A program made the translations under genes and the position numbers. The notes beneath the pieces are model-generated. The model made no database searches and had not been told where the DNA came from. It saw only the letters and a list, made by a program, of their open reading frames with translations. A DNA stretch of 63,800 nt, counting the filler, from Collodictyon triciliatum (Eukaryota): assembly GCA_043381765.1 (NCBI GenBank). It is 6 parts of 6 records of this genome, joined end to end, with 100 filler letters (N's around TTAATTAATTAA, not from the genome) between each part and the next. Parts side by side here need not be neighbours in the genome. Positions count along the whole stretch, not along the records: positions 29,078 to 43,516 come from JBHJMP010001818.1; positions 43,617 to 58,024 come from JBHJMP010001819.1; 4 more parts are not named here. One strand, 5' to 3'. Positions 31,287 through 45,025 of this stretch are shown here, piece by piece. Position 1 is the first letter of the stretch; every line of letters starts with the position of its first letter.

Positions 31287-34200
31287 ATGGAGCCTGGCTC
31301 TACAAATAACTATTACCCGGTTCTGTTCTCGACATCCCACGCGAATGAAGAAGAGGAAATCTTTACGAGACTTTCTGATCGACTGAGACAGAATGGTGTT
31401 CGGGCATTTATGACGTTGCTTTCAGTGCGGTCTGCTGCTCTCTTTTTCAAAGATCGCCAGGAAAGGATCAGTGCTCTGGAGATATCAAGAGAGGTACACG
31501 GATCTTAATGTCAGTGCCGGAATACTACCGCATGATTCTCAAACGAGGAGAACGCTGGCTTTATCTATAGTTTATGGGTGATTTTTTTTTTTTGTTTAAA
31601 TTTTAAACACGTTAAAAACAAAAACAACAACAGATAATCAAAGAGCCATCAATTCCTTTGGACACATTCAAAGCACTTTACGTAAAAGCACCACACCATG
31701 CCACAGACTCTGTGGTCAATTATCTTCAAGCTCGTGGCGTTTTGAGTAAAATATACTCTGTCGAGTATTATCCATTCATCATGATTTTTATTCACTCGGA
31801 AGAATATGGAAAATTACTTCAAGTGACAGAGATTGATATAGAGGGAACTAAGGTATCCTTAAGTAGACTATTCATCACATACATGATCTCATCAAAAATT
31901 GATATTTTATCCACAGAATATCCGACACAAACCAAATAAATTAATCTCATTACCATCTTTAAATAACACCAGTATCCTGTGCTACCCTCCAAACCAAATA
32001 TCATCAAAGAACCCTCAAAACGAGGATCTGTCGGTTTGTTAATACATACATGTTTTAATTTCAAAACACCAATGTGATACAAATAATATCATTCTCGTCT
32101 GAGATGAAATTAATATTTTTATTCGCCACACAGCAACCCCAAAATTAGTATCATCAGTAATAATAAAATGCTTTATATTTTAAAGGTGATTTATTCATGG
32201 AGAATGAGAATATTTGTACGTAATACATATACATATACATATATATCTGTGACATGATGAGCAAGTTTACAATAATTCATATTCCCATATCAACATAGTT
32301 AAGACCGAATTTCAACATACCACAATTTTGATTTGAATACATTTTCACCCTAGTCGAAAAGCCAGAAAAAAAGGTTGATTTCCTGGCGGTTGCAAAAGCA
32401 GATGCCATGGATTTTCAGAATATGAATTATTATGTTCCTTCCAAGGGAGAAAATGACGTACCGACAAGAATTAAAGTATCATCTCCAGGCCATCAACCAC
32501 CAAAAGATCCTCTTGGGCAAAAACAGGATTCTCATCCACCACCCAATCTTCCAAAATATCGCAGCAGTCCTGATTTGGACACCCCAAGTGAACCGAACAT
32601 TGCCCCTTCTGTAAAAACAAAGAGCTACCTATACATCGTCAATGGATTCAAAAATAGCTCCGATGAAGCCATTATCTTTTTGGCCAATTTTTTGCGCAAG
32701 AGAAACATTATGACGACTAACAGTTTGTGGGTGGAATTTCTCAAAATGTTGGTTATTGAAGTGTCGACAAAATTAGAACTAATCTTAAAAATGAGACAAC
32801 TTGTTCAATTATACGAAAGTAATCCTTTTATTTCCTTCATACCTTTCGATGAGATGGAGCTCTTTTGCAAGACGATTGAAATTCGCGACTTGCAGCACGC
32901 CGATTTTGTTCTTAGAATGCTGTATCCTGATATCATAATCAATAGTGCAAGGACGTCTAGTTTGTTTGGTTTAATCGTTAAGGTCACCGACTTGAACTGT
33001 TTGCGGACTTTACTGGCCGAAAGCATATTGGATGAGCATAAATTCTTTATTGTCAAGCAGAGGACTGTTCAGTTTCATGTTTTTGAAGTTTATATGAAAC
33101 TGGTTGAATATCCAAAAAAGTCGGATATCAATAATTTGACAATTTTACATGAAATCAAAAATCGATTTTCTGCGATTAATATCAGACTTTGTCAAAATGG
33201 TACTTACGGGTTTGCAGTTCTATCTGAGGAAACATTTGCAGTGATGAGTAGTATGCCCAAATTAGAATTTGGTGGGATGAAATTTCAGAATCTATCTTTG
33301 CACTCTGCTTCCCCAAAACCTGAAATGATTCCTCACAAACCACCTCCCCAAAATGAAGACAACATTACTCCTGTTGATGTGCTTTGTAATACAAATCGTC
33401 GTGATTGGGAAGCAGATCGATTATTTAATCAAGCACAAGCACAAGCACAAGCACAAGCACAAGCACACGAAAGGCATGCACCAAACCCTTATCAAAAATT
33501 GAATGAAAAAATTATCGCAGATATTTTACAAGCAAACATTTACAATATGTATGATGTCCTTCCCTATATGCAAAATATTGATCTCTCTTGGGATGAGCAT
33601 TCATGGTTGCAGCTATCATCTCATTTCAGAGAGAGAATACAGGATGCATCGAAAAGGCAGTTAAAACACGAGTATGAAAGGAATACACGATTGTTACATC
33701 ACATGAGAATTTTAGTCTCGGCACATAATGTCCGAATCATGAAGGCAAATCACTATATTAGCACAGGAGGCAGGCGGGTTAATATAAACTCTGCTGGTAA
33801 GACAGTATTGTATAGACAACCTCCAAGTTTAGAGCCATCCGAGTGGCGTTGGTATACCGACCAATTATTGGGCAGCTCTACGGACAGAGGGGTGGTGTTT
33901 GTGGAAAATTGTGATTGCCTAGTGGCGGCTGAGAAGATGTTGAATTATACTGAAGGAAATGTAGCTGTTTTGAACTTGGCAAATGACAAAGAACCCGGTG
34001 GAGGTTACAAACGTGGCGCGATGGCCCAGGAAGAAATTCTATTTAGACGAAGCAATTGCGCAGAAAGTATGGATATAAATTGGGACTCCGTTCATGGCGG
34101 GTACAATCGAGAGAGCTGCTATCCTTGGCCATTGCAGGGTGGAACATACACTCCTGATATTTCCGTGTTCCGGAAAGATGAAAGAACCGGATATTCACTT

Positions 34201-34877
34201 ATGGATACCCCTTTTCGCTGCTCCTTTATTTCTGTGGCCGGGCTGCAGCTCCCTGTATTGGAAAACAATCATCTTACTGGCACGGACGCGCTTACCACTC
34301 GTCGAAAAATCGAAACAGCTATCCTGATGGCCCTAAAGAATAGATGTACAGGTTTAATTTTAGGGGCACTTGGGTGTGGTGCCTTCCGAAATCCACCCTC
34401 AGATGTTGCTGAATGTTTCAAGTCTGTTCTTTCGGAGTATGGGCACTTTTTTACTCAGGTTTAGTTTTTTTTTTTTAACTTAAAAGTTAAAGGTAAAAGG
34501 TAAAAAGTAAAAAGTAAAAAGTAAAAACAAAGAAATAAAGATATTTGGTAAAATCTAATTCCATTTATCTATTTGCAGACACCATTCGAACTAAAAATAA
34601 ACAACGTATGAACCAGATTGTATTTGCCATATATGATGATAGCAATGCTTCTATGGGGAGTAATTTTGCCGTATTCAGAGATGCCTTTAAGGAATTCAGG
34701 TCTTTTTACAAAAAGATTCCATTCGTTTCAGAGAGGTACTGCAGGCTTGGAGGAACATGTTTAGATTATAGCCAGGAGCATAGAAATAGTTACTCGCATG
34801 TTCCACGTTGCCCAAAAATATCATGCCCACAAAAGCATTCGCAACCGCATGTGTTCTTGTTCTCTCATGATGAATAA
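31287..34877 (+). CDS. Multi-domain protein with a microbial-type PARG (DUF2263/TIGR02452-like macrodomain) and two C-terminal PBZ-like zinc fingers
   Basis: VAVLNLAN..EPGGGYKRGAMAQEE.LFRRS (PARG GGG-x6-QEE signature), LILGALGCGAFRNPP..VAECF and IVFAIYD. The C-terminus has C-x5-C-x6-H-x5-H and C-x4-C-x7-H-x5-H. The start codon and N-terminal exons (possibly RRM-like) are less certain. Confidence 0.82.
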
Positions 34878-35599
34878 ATGATGCGCTGCCAGGAATTTTT
34901 CGATGAAGAAAACACTTCAGAATAAACAAAATCGAAATCATCAGAAATAATATCACCCCGGAATTTCCTGCCTTTTATCCTTTGTTTTAAAGCTCCCTTG
35001 AATGATGACAGATTCTCTTTCTATCCCTGATACTTTTCTTTGACTCTAATTGTTTCAACAAAAGTGCGAAGATATAAAGCACAATTTTATCTTACCCTGG
35101 AGCTGGAGTGTGCTCGTTCATTAAGATATGCTTCTTCCTTTCTTTTTTTTTCTTAAAGAAATCGCTGGATTCGTGAAAATTATAATCAAAGATGTGTGAA
35201 TGTCATTTTCGTAGATACTGGAAGCAATATCTTTACATATTATATCAGCTACATTGCTGTTTGTCTATCTAATTCATTTAATGAATTGCAAGAAAAAATT
35301 GTTATTTATTTGTATCAAAATCTCATGTTACATTTCATCCATTCTATCCACCGACTGACCACAAGCAGCCGCATATTAATTATGTTGTCAAAAATCCAGA
35401 CTATATGGAATGCAAATGCACAAATTGTCTTTGCTTAGGATTATTGTGCTTTGGTTCTTGATAATTGAATCGATAATAATCTCTGGCCTTTCAATTGATG
35501 TACTCTCAAACAAGTAAATCAGATGGAGATTAACCATGCTATGAGCAGAAACTGTCATTTCTCTTAACAGGAAGTGTTTTGCGAGGAAAATAATCTATC

Positions 35600-37630
35600 A
35601 TCAGGAATTGCATGTGCAAAACAAGCCCAGAGCCCACAAACAAGGTTAAAGGCAAGGCGTTTCGTCTTCTAATGTAAGAGCGAGAAATCGTGACAAGACA
35701 CCCGCGGATGAAGTGCTCAAAGTCTCAATCAAGACAAAGGTTCAGGAACCTCCCCAAAATCAAGAAATGGATATTGAAATGATGGACGAAACACCAGGCG
35801 ATTTTCCCGAAAGTGCTTCATCAAGTTCACCAGTGAACACGGAGAAAGCAGTAGAAATAATGGAATGGCTTCAAGGAAGTGAAGGAAACATCGCATGCCT
35901 CCAAGATTACCAACCACCTCAAGCCGATGATATCTGACCAAACTCACCTTCAAATCACCGAGAGATGCTGAGGAAAGGGAAACCCAAGCCAACTCGGTAA
36001 CAAAATCGGGAAACAGCATAATGTCACCCAGCAAACCACACCCACCAGCCATTTAGAGGGCATGGCTCCTGGGACCACCCAATAGACTCTTTCTTCAGCA
36101 AGTACTGCTCAATCCATAGGAAGCGACGTCCCAGAGTCGGGATTGAAAGAACAACAGTCCATCCAACCTGTCGTTATCATAGAAGGTTCTGCTGAAGAAG
36201 AAAATGAACACCTCGAAGCTTCGGGAACAACAAATTATACTCAAGTACTGTTTATGGGAGCAGACCTACTGTTGAGATAGATTCTTGCAACTCTCAGCGA
36301 GAAAAATATTCCAATCTAAGAAAAAGAAACGTAGACGAATATAAAACACCGGTTACTCATCCTGCAATCACTGGTGCCCCAAAAAAGATCGAAACGGCCG
36401 AAGATAAAGCCTCGCCTGATGAAACAAGAGTCAATCAGTCAAGTACACCACCGAATATAGCGAGCCAGAAAGCAAATCAGAATGAAAGTGGAAACATGGG
36501 TGGCCCTGCCTACCGCGTGGATGAGGGGGAAAAATTGGAACCGAGGGTTGCTAATAACCATCAGAGCGCATCTCCCAACACGCCAGCTACAAAGGGGTTG
36601 CAGCCCAAAGTTCAAGACCATCCGACAAATCCTGGCCGAATCGCGAGCAATTATAACACCGGCCAAATGAAGGATAACACCAGTAAACCATCCCAGTCTG
36701 AGCAACCCAGCTCCAGCGGAGAGGGCCAATCACCGGAGGCTACGGCCTCCAAAAGCCAATAGATTATTCATGCGGTTTAACTTTCTGTTGTGGAACGTTA
36801 GGGGGATTAACGACCCCCAAAAAAGAAAAGAGGCCCTAAACACTCTCTTTTCTCTCATGCATATGTCATCTGCCTCGAAGAAACATGACTCAGCCCTGAC
36901 AATCTAACCAACAATGAAATATGGAAAGATTCACACAAATGTGGTCCTGTGACGATAATCAACAGAGACACGCAGGTGTAGCGTTTCTATGCAATAAATG
37001 GATAGCCAAACTCAATCCTCGCTTCAGAGAGATTATTCCTGGCCGCTGCATAAGTCTCGACATCCAAATCGATGGAGCTGACACTCGCATAATGACGACA
37101 TACATGTCGCTCCAAACAGCAGGTTCAAATACTAGAATACACGGTATGAGCTTGTCTCTAAGGAGATGGATTCTGCGAAACGTATCATCATCTGCGGAGA
37201 CTTCAACGCTCTTATTGATGCCAGCATCGAGTGGTCTGTGTCCTCGACACGCAATCACAAACCATTCGTCGACTGGATAATCAGGCACAAGCTGCAAGAC
37301 GCTTGGAAGACGCTCAATCCTCACTCTCTAGGAACAACGTGCAGAAGACATACAAAAAGCGGCTTCACGTGGAGCAGAATTGACCGCTTCCTTTGCTCAA
37401 GGGACTTGCATGCGTGGCTCAAGAAACTTAAAACAGTCTATTCTGCGCTGTCCGACCGCAGTGCTATCCTGGCTAACATCGACTCAGCCGGTGGCTGTGA
37501 ATGGCAGGCGAGGTATATAGACTGGAGGGCATACAATGACTCCAAGTCGATAGAAGACATACAAAACAAGCTCAAAGCTCACTTCAACACCCGGGTGATG
37601 CGCCCATCGAGATGGCATGGCCTGTAGTCA
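35600..37630 (+). mobile_element. Decayed non-LTR retrotransposon fragment: disordered ORF1 remnant plus APE endonuclease pseudogene, no RT
   Basis: From 36770: MRFNFLLWNVRGINDPQKR, VICLEET* (frameshift and stop), HAGVAFL, IIICGDFNA, SRIDRFL and LSDR (normally SDH). It is preceded by an interrupted, intronless S/P/Q/E-rich reading frame ending at 36762. Confidence 0.85.
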
Positions 37631-40600
37631 AAAAGTATAAAACGGGCACTGAATTTTAAGCAAACAGACATTATATGTAAAGGGGGTACTCGAAAATAAA
37701 TTAAAAATACAAACTCAGATAAGAGTATATTAATCAAACTAAACCAAAGCAAAGCATGGAAAAACCCTGGTGGCCTCTATATCTGAATACCTGGCACCGA
37801 ATACTTCAAGACAACAGGCTTTATTGCCAAAGTAAAATGTAATTGCACGGTTGTAGCTTTGCTGGAAAAAAAATCACACCATACACTAATCTAATATACA
37901 AGACATATAGCAAATTACTCCAGATTGGTATATAAGAGTGGTTTATGGAGACCGAATACTACATACCTGATGCTAATCTAAATGAATATAAATCAGTAAA
38001 ACTTAAAACATGTAATCGTATCTATAATTTGGGATGCTTTGTGGTCATAAGACGACCCAAGAGTTTTTATATCATGTTTTCCAGGTATATACGGACAACC
38101 TGTCAGCTTTCGTCCACAATCTTTGTGCTTTTTTTTTTGGAGAATTTTTCATTCTTATATTTTTCTGCATAAAACTTACCCTTGCATAGAGTACATGCAC
38201 ATTCGATGCGTGTTGAATTTATATTCAGGAGTATCCGTTCCTTCATTTTTTATTCAAAACTTAAATTATAAGGGAATATAAAGTGTAATTTTTTTCGAGA
38301 AAACAGCGATTCTTTTGAAAGGCTTTTGACTTTACCGATGAATGAAAGCGAAGAGAAACTCCCAAGCAGCCTTTTGGAAAAAAAATGAATCATTAGCCAA
38401 CTATTGCATAGTGCATATCGTCGATCTTACTCTCAAAAAAATACCAAAGAGGGCATTAGGCGCATAGAAATACGCAACTGAGCTTTTACACTTGTTGGGA
38501 CTGCAAGGTTTTTTTATGATGCGACATTTAGTTTTGAACAAAAAAAATATAATTTTACAGAACAGCACCCAAATCCAAGAGCATTTTCGTTTATAAGGCT
38601 GAAAGTGAATCAATATTTGAAAGGTTGCATAACATTCATTTCTTCGCTTCACTTTTTTAAATGCTCAAAGTAGATTCTCAGGCTTAACGAGAATATGTCA
38701 TTATTTATACTGATAATCATTGGTATGAGAGATGAAATAGGCCGTTCTGTTCGTCTTTCTATCACATTATTTCATTTGAAAAGATAAAAGAAGAAATTTT
38801 GAAGGGAGGAGGACATATGTTCATTTTTTTTCAAGTTCTGCTATTCCTAGACGACGATCGCTTTATAGTCTGACATCTAACCATTTATTATTTGCACGTA
38901 TTAAGGGGTATATCCCGTTTGTAAGGTCTAAGGTCATAGTACTTGGTTACATGGAAAGACTTGACCATGTTTTGTAAATAAAAAAAAAGCCAAACTTCAT
39001 CTATATGATAATAACTCTTGAAAATTCTCGCTAAGAAACAGTATAATTAGAATTTTCAAGTCTTTTTTATGTATTTTTAATTGATTTTTTCCAATGAAGG
39101 TAATCGTGTTGATACGGATAATCAATCAGATTCATCTTGTTTACATGATACAAATATGCTTTCGTAATACATCCAACAAAAAAATGGAATTCATTGCTCC
39201 ATAGATTAATGTTTTATTTTATTACAATTTTAATCCATAAAATTTAATATTTAGTCTCTAGTGTCCCAAAAAAATTAGTTGGCAATAAATATCATGGAGT
39301 TGAAGTATTTTTCCAAATGAAAAATTTCTGCATCGCTTGTTTTTTACTGGTGTACTTTGACACACTATATGATTCATACTTTTTTATTCTTTGAATATTT
39401 TCAATAAGATATATTGTCTCTCGTTCAATTTTTTCAGTTCTTGTTTACTTTACTGGGCATGCGCATACGTGGTTAACATCTGTGTTCATCATAGACACAT
39501 TCGCCTCCAAAAAACACTTGAGAGTACTTCCATCTTTTCATGTTGTTTATGACTGAGTCTGTATTTGATGTGTCATATTTCCTCAATGTCTAAGGTCATT
39601 TTTGCAGAATTTGCGGTATCATTACAATGCTTCTATATGTGAAGTTTGGCGCTTTTCTTCTGGGCAACAAGGCAAGGTCTTATCTTTGTGGTTTAAATTT
39701 CGGAAATTCACAATCACATTTTAATTCTTTTGATCGATATACTCAATTACACTCACAGTCTTATTACATGCCTTTCCCATTTGATGTTATATTTTCCAAC
39801 ACTCATACTACTATTCTCATCCAGTTGATTGCTGACAAGTTTAGTGAGACAGTGTAATACTTTGATGCAATGGTTCCACATAATGGATAAAATTTTGGGC
39901 GACTGGCTTTCTTATAAAAAGCTATCATATTTGTAGTAAAAAAAAATTTCTATCTTTGCGATAGCTGATTTAATAATTGCTGATTAATTAATTCCTTATT
40001 AGTAGGTGATAAATTAATGTATGGATGAAGTAAAGAGTTGAATTGTATCGTAGTCTAGAGGTGCAATATCACTATTAAAAAATAAATAAATAGAAACCAG
40101 TCAACCAAAAAATAAAGTATTAAGAGGATTGTTCTATTAAACAGAGTGTCCTTATTTTCAAGCCAAAAATATAAAATTGATGGCGCTCTGACATTAGAGA
40201 CAAAGATGCAACCAAAAAAATAATTCATTCAAGATCGTAACTCCATCTGAGAATTATTGGATGTAAATAGAGCTAAATCTTCATGAACATCAATCATATG
40301 AAATAATATGCAGAAATTAGCTAAAAATAATCCATATACAGCAGTTCTTGCACAAGCAGATTACTTGGGCAAAGTCTCTGCCTGCAATCACGTATTGAAA
40401 TGATCATGTCAAGGAACGCAAATATTATAGTCTCGTAACCACAGATTGTAAATAAGGAGAAAAAAGGAATAAGTAGCACAGAAAGTCAAAAGTTTATCTT
40501 ATGAGCAGCATATATCAATAAAACAACATTTTATTAATTTTGATGAACGAGGTTGCTCCTGTACAAATAATTAAAACTGGAAAGGATTAAAAGAAGACAT

Positions 40601-42658
40601 TTGGTACGGTTCCATTCGTCCTATAGCTTTTTAATTTTTTAAAAATTCAGATACAAATGAATATGTCATATAACAAATTTATTAAGTTGGATGTTGATGG
40701 TGATTGAGTGAGACGCCATTATTTAAGCGGCACGTAAATCAAGCCTTCGAGAATCACCGCGCTACGATTATATTAACCGCCCATTTTTGGGAAGCTTACT
40801 CTGCACAATAATTGTACACTTGATGGAAAATTTGATAGAAAAATACTTTGTAATCTAAACAAGTATATATTGTCGACCTTTTGGTGCGTGCACAGTTTGT
40901 CACGCGAATATTTTCTTTGTTTCTAAAGTATAGATATTTTCTTACTTTATTCGATTAAAGGAAATAAAGGGTTTATGGGAGAATTTATTATTGAGGTTTC
41001 AATCAATTTTAAACATACTTTTTTTGTTATTTAATGTATTTTTCATTCATTCAAAATTTTGATTTATAAATGCAATTGTGCAAAATCGACCTATTATTCG
41101 TAATTTCTAGAAAACCTATTCCAAATGTATGAGAATTATTACAGTTATATTAAAATAGTGATTTTGTTAATTATTTCTCTCAAAGAATTAAATCAATATA
41201 TTTATATTTTATCCATATCAACAGAAATGTGGAAATTGATAATGAGCAGTATCATTCCGTTGTATTTTATATTGAATACACCAAAATATAGCAAATCTTT
41301 CATTATTATATGGTTGCTCATATATAAATCAAAATAAATCAGTTTATATGATTATGGTTCGGTTTGTTCATTTGCACTTCAGGTTACTTTGAAGCCATAA
41401 ACACATTATTAAAAAAATTTTGTTCAAAATATTGGAGTATGATTTCTTTTCATCGCCATCCTGTAATTTTGACATGAAAATTACGGGAAAACATATTGTT
41501 ATTTAGGGGCACTCCTGAATTAATTTTGATAAAGTCTTCAAATTAATTTTATAAAGTTGGGGTGGCATAATTGTGACATCTGCTGCATAAAATCTTAAAA
41601 ATATTAGCAAGTGTATATTTTTGAAGTATTTACACATTTTATTCACGGAATTCATTAAATTCGTATGCTTAATACACAAAAGTCTTATTCCTTTTGGGGG
41701 TTTTCAGCGATTGATGAAGAAATGAGTCGGATTAAAAATATGACATCAAACATTTGAATATTTACATCATGCGCTTTCTTTGAATAGAATTAAGGATAAA
41801 AACGTTCTTCGTACGTTTTTGAGGAATTGTCTAACCTCCGTTCCTCACAAGGTACTAATCCAGCGAGATAAAGCGCAATTTATCTCAAACTAGTTAAAAA
41901 TTGAAATATGAGAAATCAAAATAGAATCAAGATGCCAAGAATTTTGATTAATAAGAGTTTTATCTTGGATTGGTCGGTGTTCCATACAACTTTCTGATTC
42001 AGTTTCATCGATTAAGATACATTATACATAAAGGACATGATTAAATCATTCGACTAAACCGTTTCCTAAATTACGTTTTGCGAGACAATATCACCAATTC
42101 GAAAGATTCGAGTAAATATGACCCATATCATTTATATTCCCTTTTCTGATGGATAGATACAGGACAAACTAATTGACAGTACCCTTTTCATGTAGCACTT
42201 GCTGAAGCTTAGAATCTGCTTCAAATACCGAATAAAAAGACGAAATACACCAATAATAGGGAGGAAAGAGAGCCTATGACTTTTTATAATATTCATTATT
42301 CAATAATGCTTCTGAAATATTCATTTAATCAAAATGATTTTTTATACTCTCTGGTATCCTAAAAAATATTCAATACAATATTTGACAATGTTTCTTTCAG
42401 GACTTGTTATAATAATTGAATAATATATTCATGCATCTGATTATTTCATTTTCAAGACTAGGGGTAGAAATATTATTCAACTATTGTGATAAGGTAGCTT
42501 ATTCAAAATATTTTTGATTAATTGACATGATGATGTGCCAAAATAAAGAAAAAAACTTCTATATTCATGTAATTCAGTCATTTATGCTTCCATGTAAGGG
42601 TTAATTGATGCTTTGGCTACTTATTCAAGAAATGGGGTTTTTGATCTGATTTCGATAG

Positions 42659-43516
42659 TCTATTGAGAGAAACAAACCCGAGGAAACCACCTTCACTTCT
42701 AGAACAATAGTGAACTGTGGACAAGACAGTGGAAACCCCAAGATTGTGTGGTTGGAGTTTTTATGTTTTGGAAGGAAAAGAAAAAGAAGAAAAGAAAATA
42801 GAAAGGAGAGAAAGTGTTCTCGCATGTAAACTATTCTACACGAAGTGATTCGGCTCCAACACGATTTCTGGTTGTATTCGAGACTGACAAAAGAGCGGAT
42901 ATAGTTGTCGGGTCGATGAAAGTACGCAAGCCATTCCCCACCAAGCTCTTCTCAGTCATGCCAAATAAACTGAAATGAAACCGTAAAAATAGTATTTTAT
43001 TCTACAGGATGAGTCTTTTGAGGAGACAACGGGTCACTTTCCTTGCGTTTCTTGCTGGGCGACTCTGACAAAAAGCGATACATCGTTGTTTGTCTGGTAT
43101 TCACGGAAGTGGCGCTTGACCGTCCCCTGGTTTCGGAACCATGCGTAGCCGGCAGTGGACTTTGCTTAACCAGAGTATGGCTATGCTTTTGTGGTTTTAG
43201 AAACATACGCTCCTGCTCGCTCGGACTGTCTTTGGTGTGTGAAGTTCCAAGCTTGGATTCGACTTGTGCTGTTTGCTCTTGCTCCTTGGTTCTCGGTGCG
43301 ACGGGCTGAGGCAGGATAAACGGACTATCTTTTGTGGGCGCTGGTTCGTGTGTTGCCTTCGCTTTGGAGTATCCTTTCGGATATGTAACGAAGACTACCT
43401 TGATGCCTCCTATGCTAACCATATTCACGTCAGTCTGAATGGGTAGTTTAAGGGGGATTTCTTTCGGGGTTTGGAGATGCGCTGCTCTTGGGTCTTGCGA
43501 TGTGTGGGCTTGTCCG
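42659..43516 (-). repeat. Dispersed coding repeat, copy 1 (cut by the contig end)
   Basis: Aligns with 48374-49225 from the same left boundary. The minus strand encodes a low-complexity protein ending RQTTMYRFLSESPSKKRK. Confidence 0.9.
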
Positions 43517-43616
43517 NNNNNNNNNNNNNNNNNNNNNNNNNNNNNNNNNNNNNNNNNNNNTTAATTAATTAANNNNNNNNNNNNNNNNNNNNNNNNNNNN
43601 NNNNNNNNNNNNNNNN
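43517..43616. other. Artificial contig-joining spacer
   Basis: N44-TTAATTAATTAA-N44. Confidence 0.98.
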
Positions 43617-43803
43617 AAAAAACAAACAAAAAAAAAAAAAAACAAAAAAAAAAACAAACAAACAAACAAACAAACAAACAAACAAACAAACAAACAAACA
43701 AACAAACAAACAAACAAACAAACAAACAAACAAAAGCAAAAAAAAAAATAAACCAAAGCAAGACTGTTAAGATGTGGGTGGTATTTGTAGCTTTTTCTCA
43801 AGA

Positions 43804-44941
43804 ATGATCGGAACGGCGAAACCCGACGGAGCAACGAAGATACCAGGACTGAGAATCTTCTTCCTTTTTCTTGTTTTCTTGGTCTCTTTAATAGTCGCAG
43901 CTTATTTTATATACAAGGAAGAGCTTTCGCATCAGGACATCCTTTCCGATAAGGTTTGCCAGAAAACTGTATCCTCCTTCATAATTCTCTTTTTCCCGAT
44001 TCGATTCTTTATCTTTATTTTTCGAATACTTGGTTAAAAAAAACTTTGTGTAACGTTTAAGGTTATCAACACTGTGCTCCATAATCCCAAGTTCAAAATA
44101 AATTCCTCCATACCACACCAAAACTAATATTTCTCACATATCAATCATGCTTTCGATTAGAGGTTACTAGGAGACAACAACGAGTCCCTAGGTAAACCAC
44201 AAAAACTTTGGAGCAACAGTTCTGTGGAAACACCAAACAATAACATCCTTGTGGAATTACTCGATTCCAACAGAACAAACTTGGCTTATGTGATAGTCTT
44301 GCCTTATAATGACCTTGTCGTCTCCGCGCAGTCATTGGTGGACTCTTTAAAGTAAGATGAACCATCAATATGTATCTCATAAATTAATAGAACAATTCAT
44401 CTAGGAGGTTCTTTGGGCTGGGGCTCTCCAAATATATATTATAATAGTCTCGAGTTATGGCTCAAATTTATGTGCAATCTAACAAATTTCTTAGATAATT
44501 GAAAAAAAAAACATTCATACAGGGCCACCAATACCCAAAATGACATCGTATTGCTTCATACATACCAACTGCCTGATTTACACCTGGAGGCATTTCAATA
44601 CCACGGTGTAAGAACAATTGAAGTTCCAATTATTACTGAAATGGAAGTCAACATACAGAACCAAAAGACAGCGAACTTTAAAAGGTCACCAGGGTTTGTT
44701 GTTAAGCTCTATGCATGGACACTACTTGAATATCGCCGTGTTATAATTTTGGATTCAGCGACCTTGGTTGTAAGGAATATGGATTCTCTATTCGAGGTTT
44801 TTGTTTTAATTACAAATCCTGGCAATTTTTTTTGGAAGAATATGTCAAAAAATAAAATATCATGTACAGAATACGTAACCAATATTGTCCGAGCAGAAGA
44901 CGTTTGGTATTTTTTCTTTTTCTTTCTTTCTTTTTTTTTTT

Positions 44942-44972
<31 letters not shown>

Positions 44973-44973
44973 G

Positions 44974-45025
<52 letters not shown>

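Noticed and set aside
39560-39800. Minus-strand KCDC...LPCC resembling a SWIM finger of a decayed MULE transposase
   Set aside because: It requires frameshifts and stops, and no DDE domain or TIR is visible. Too weak to call.
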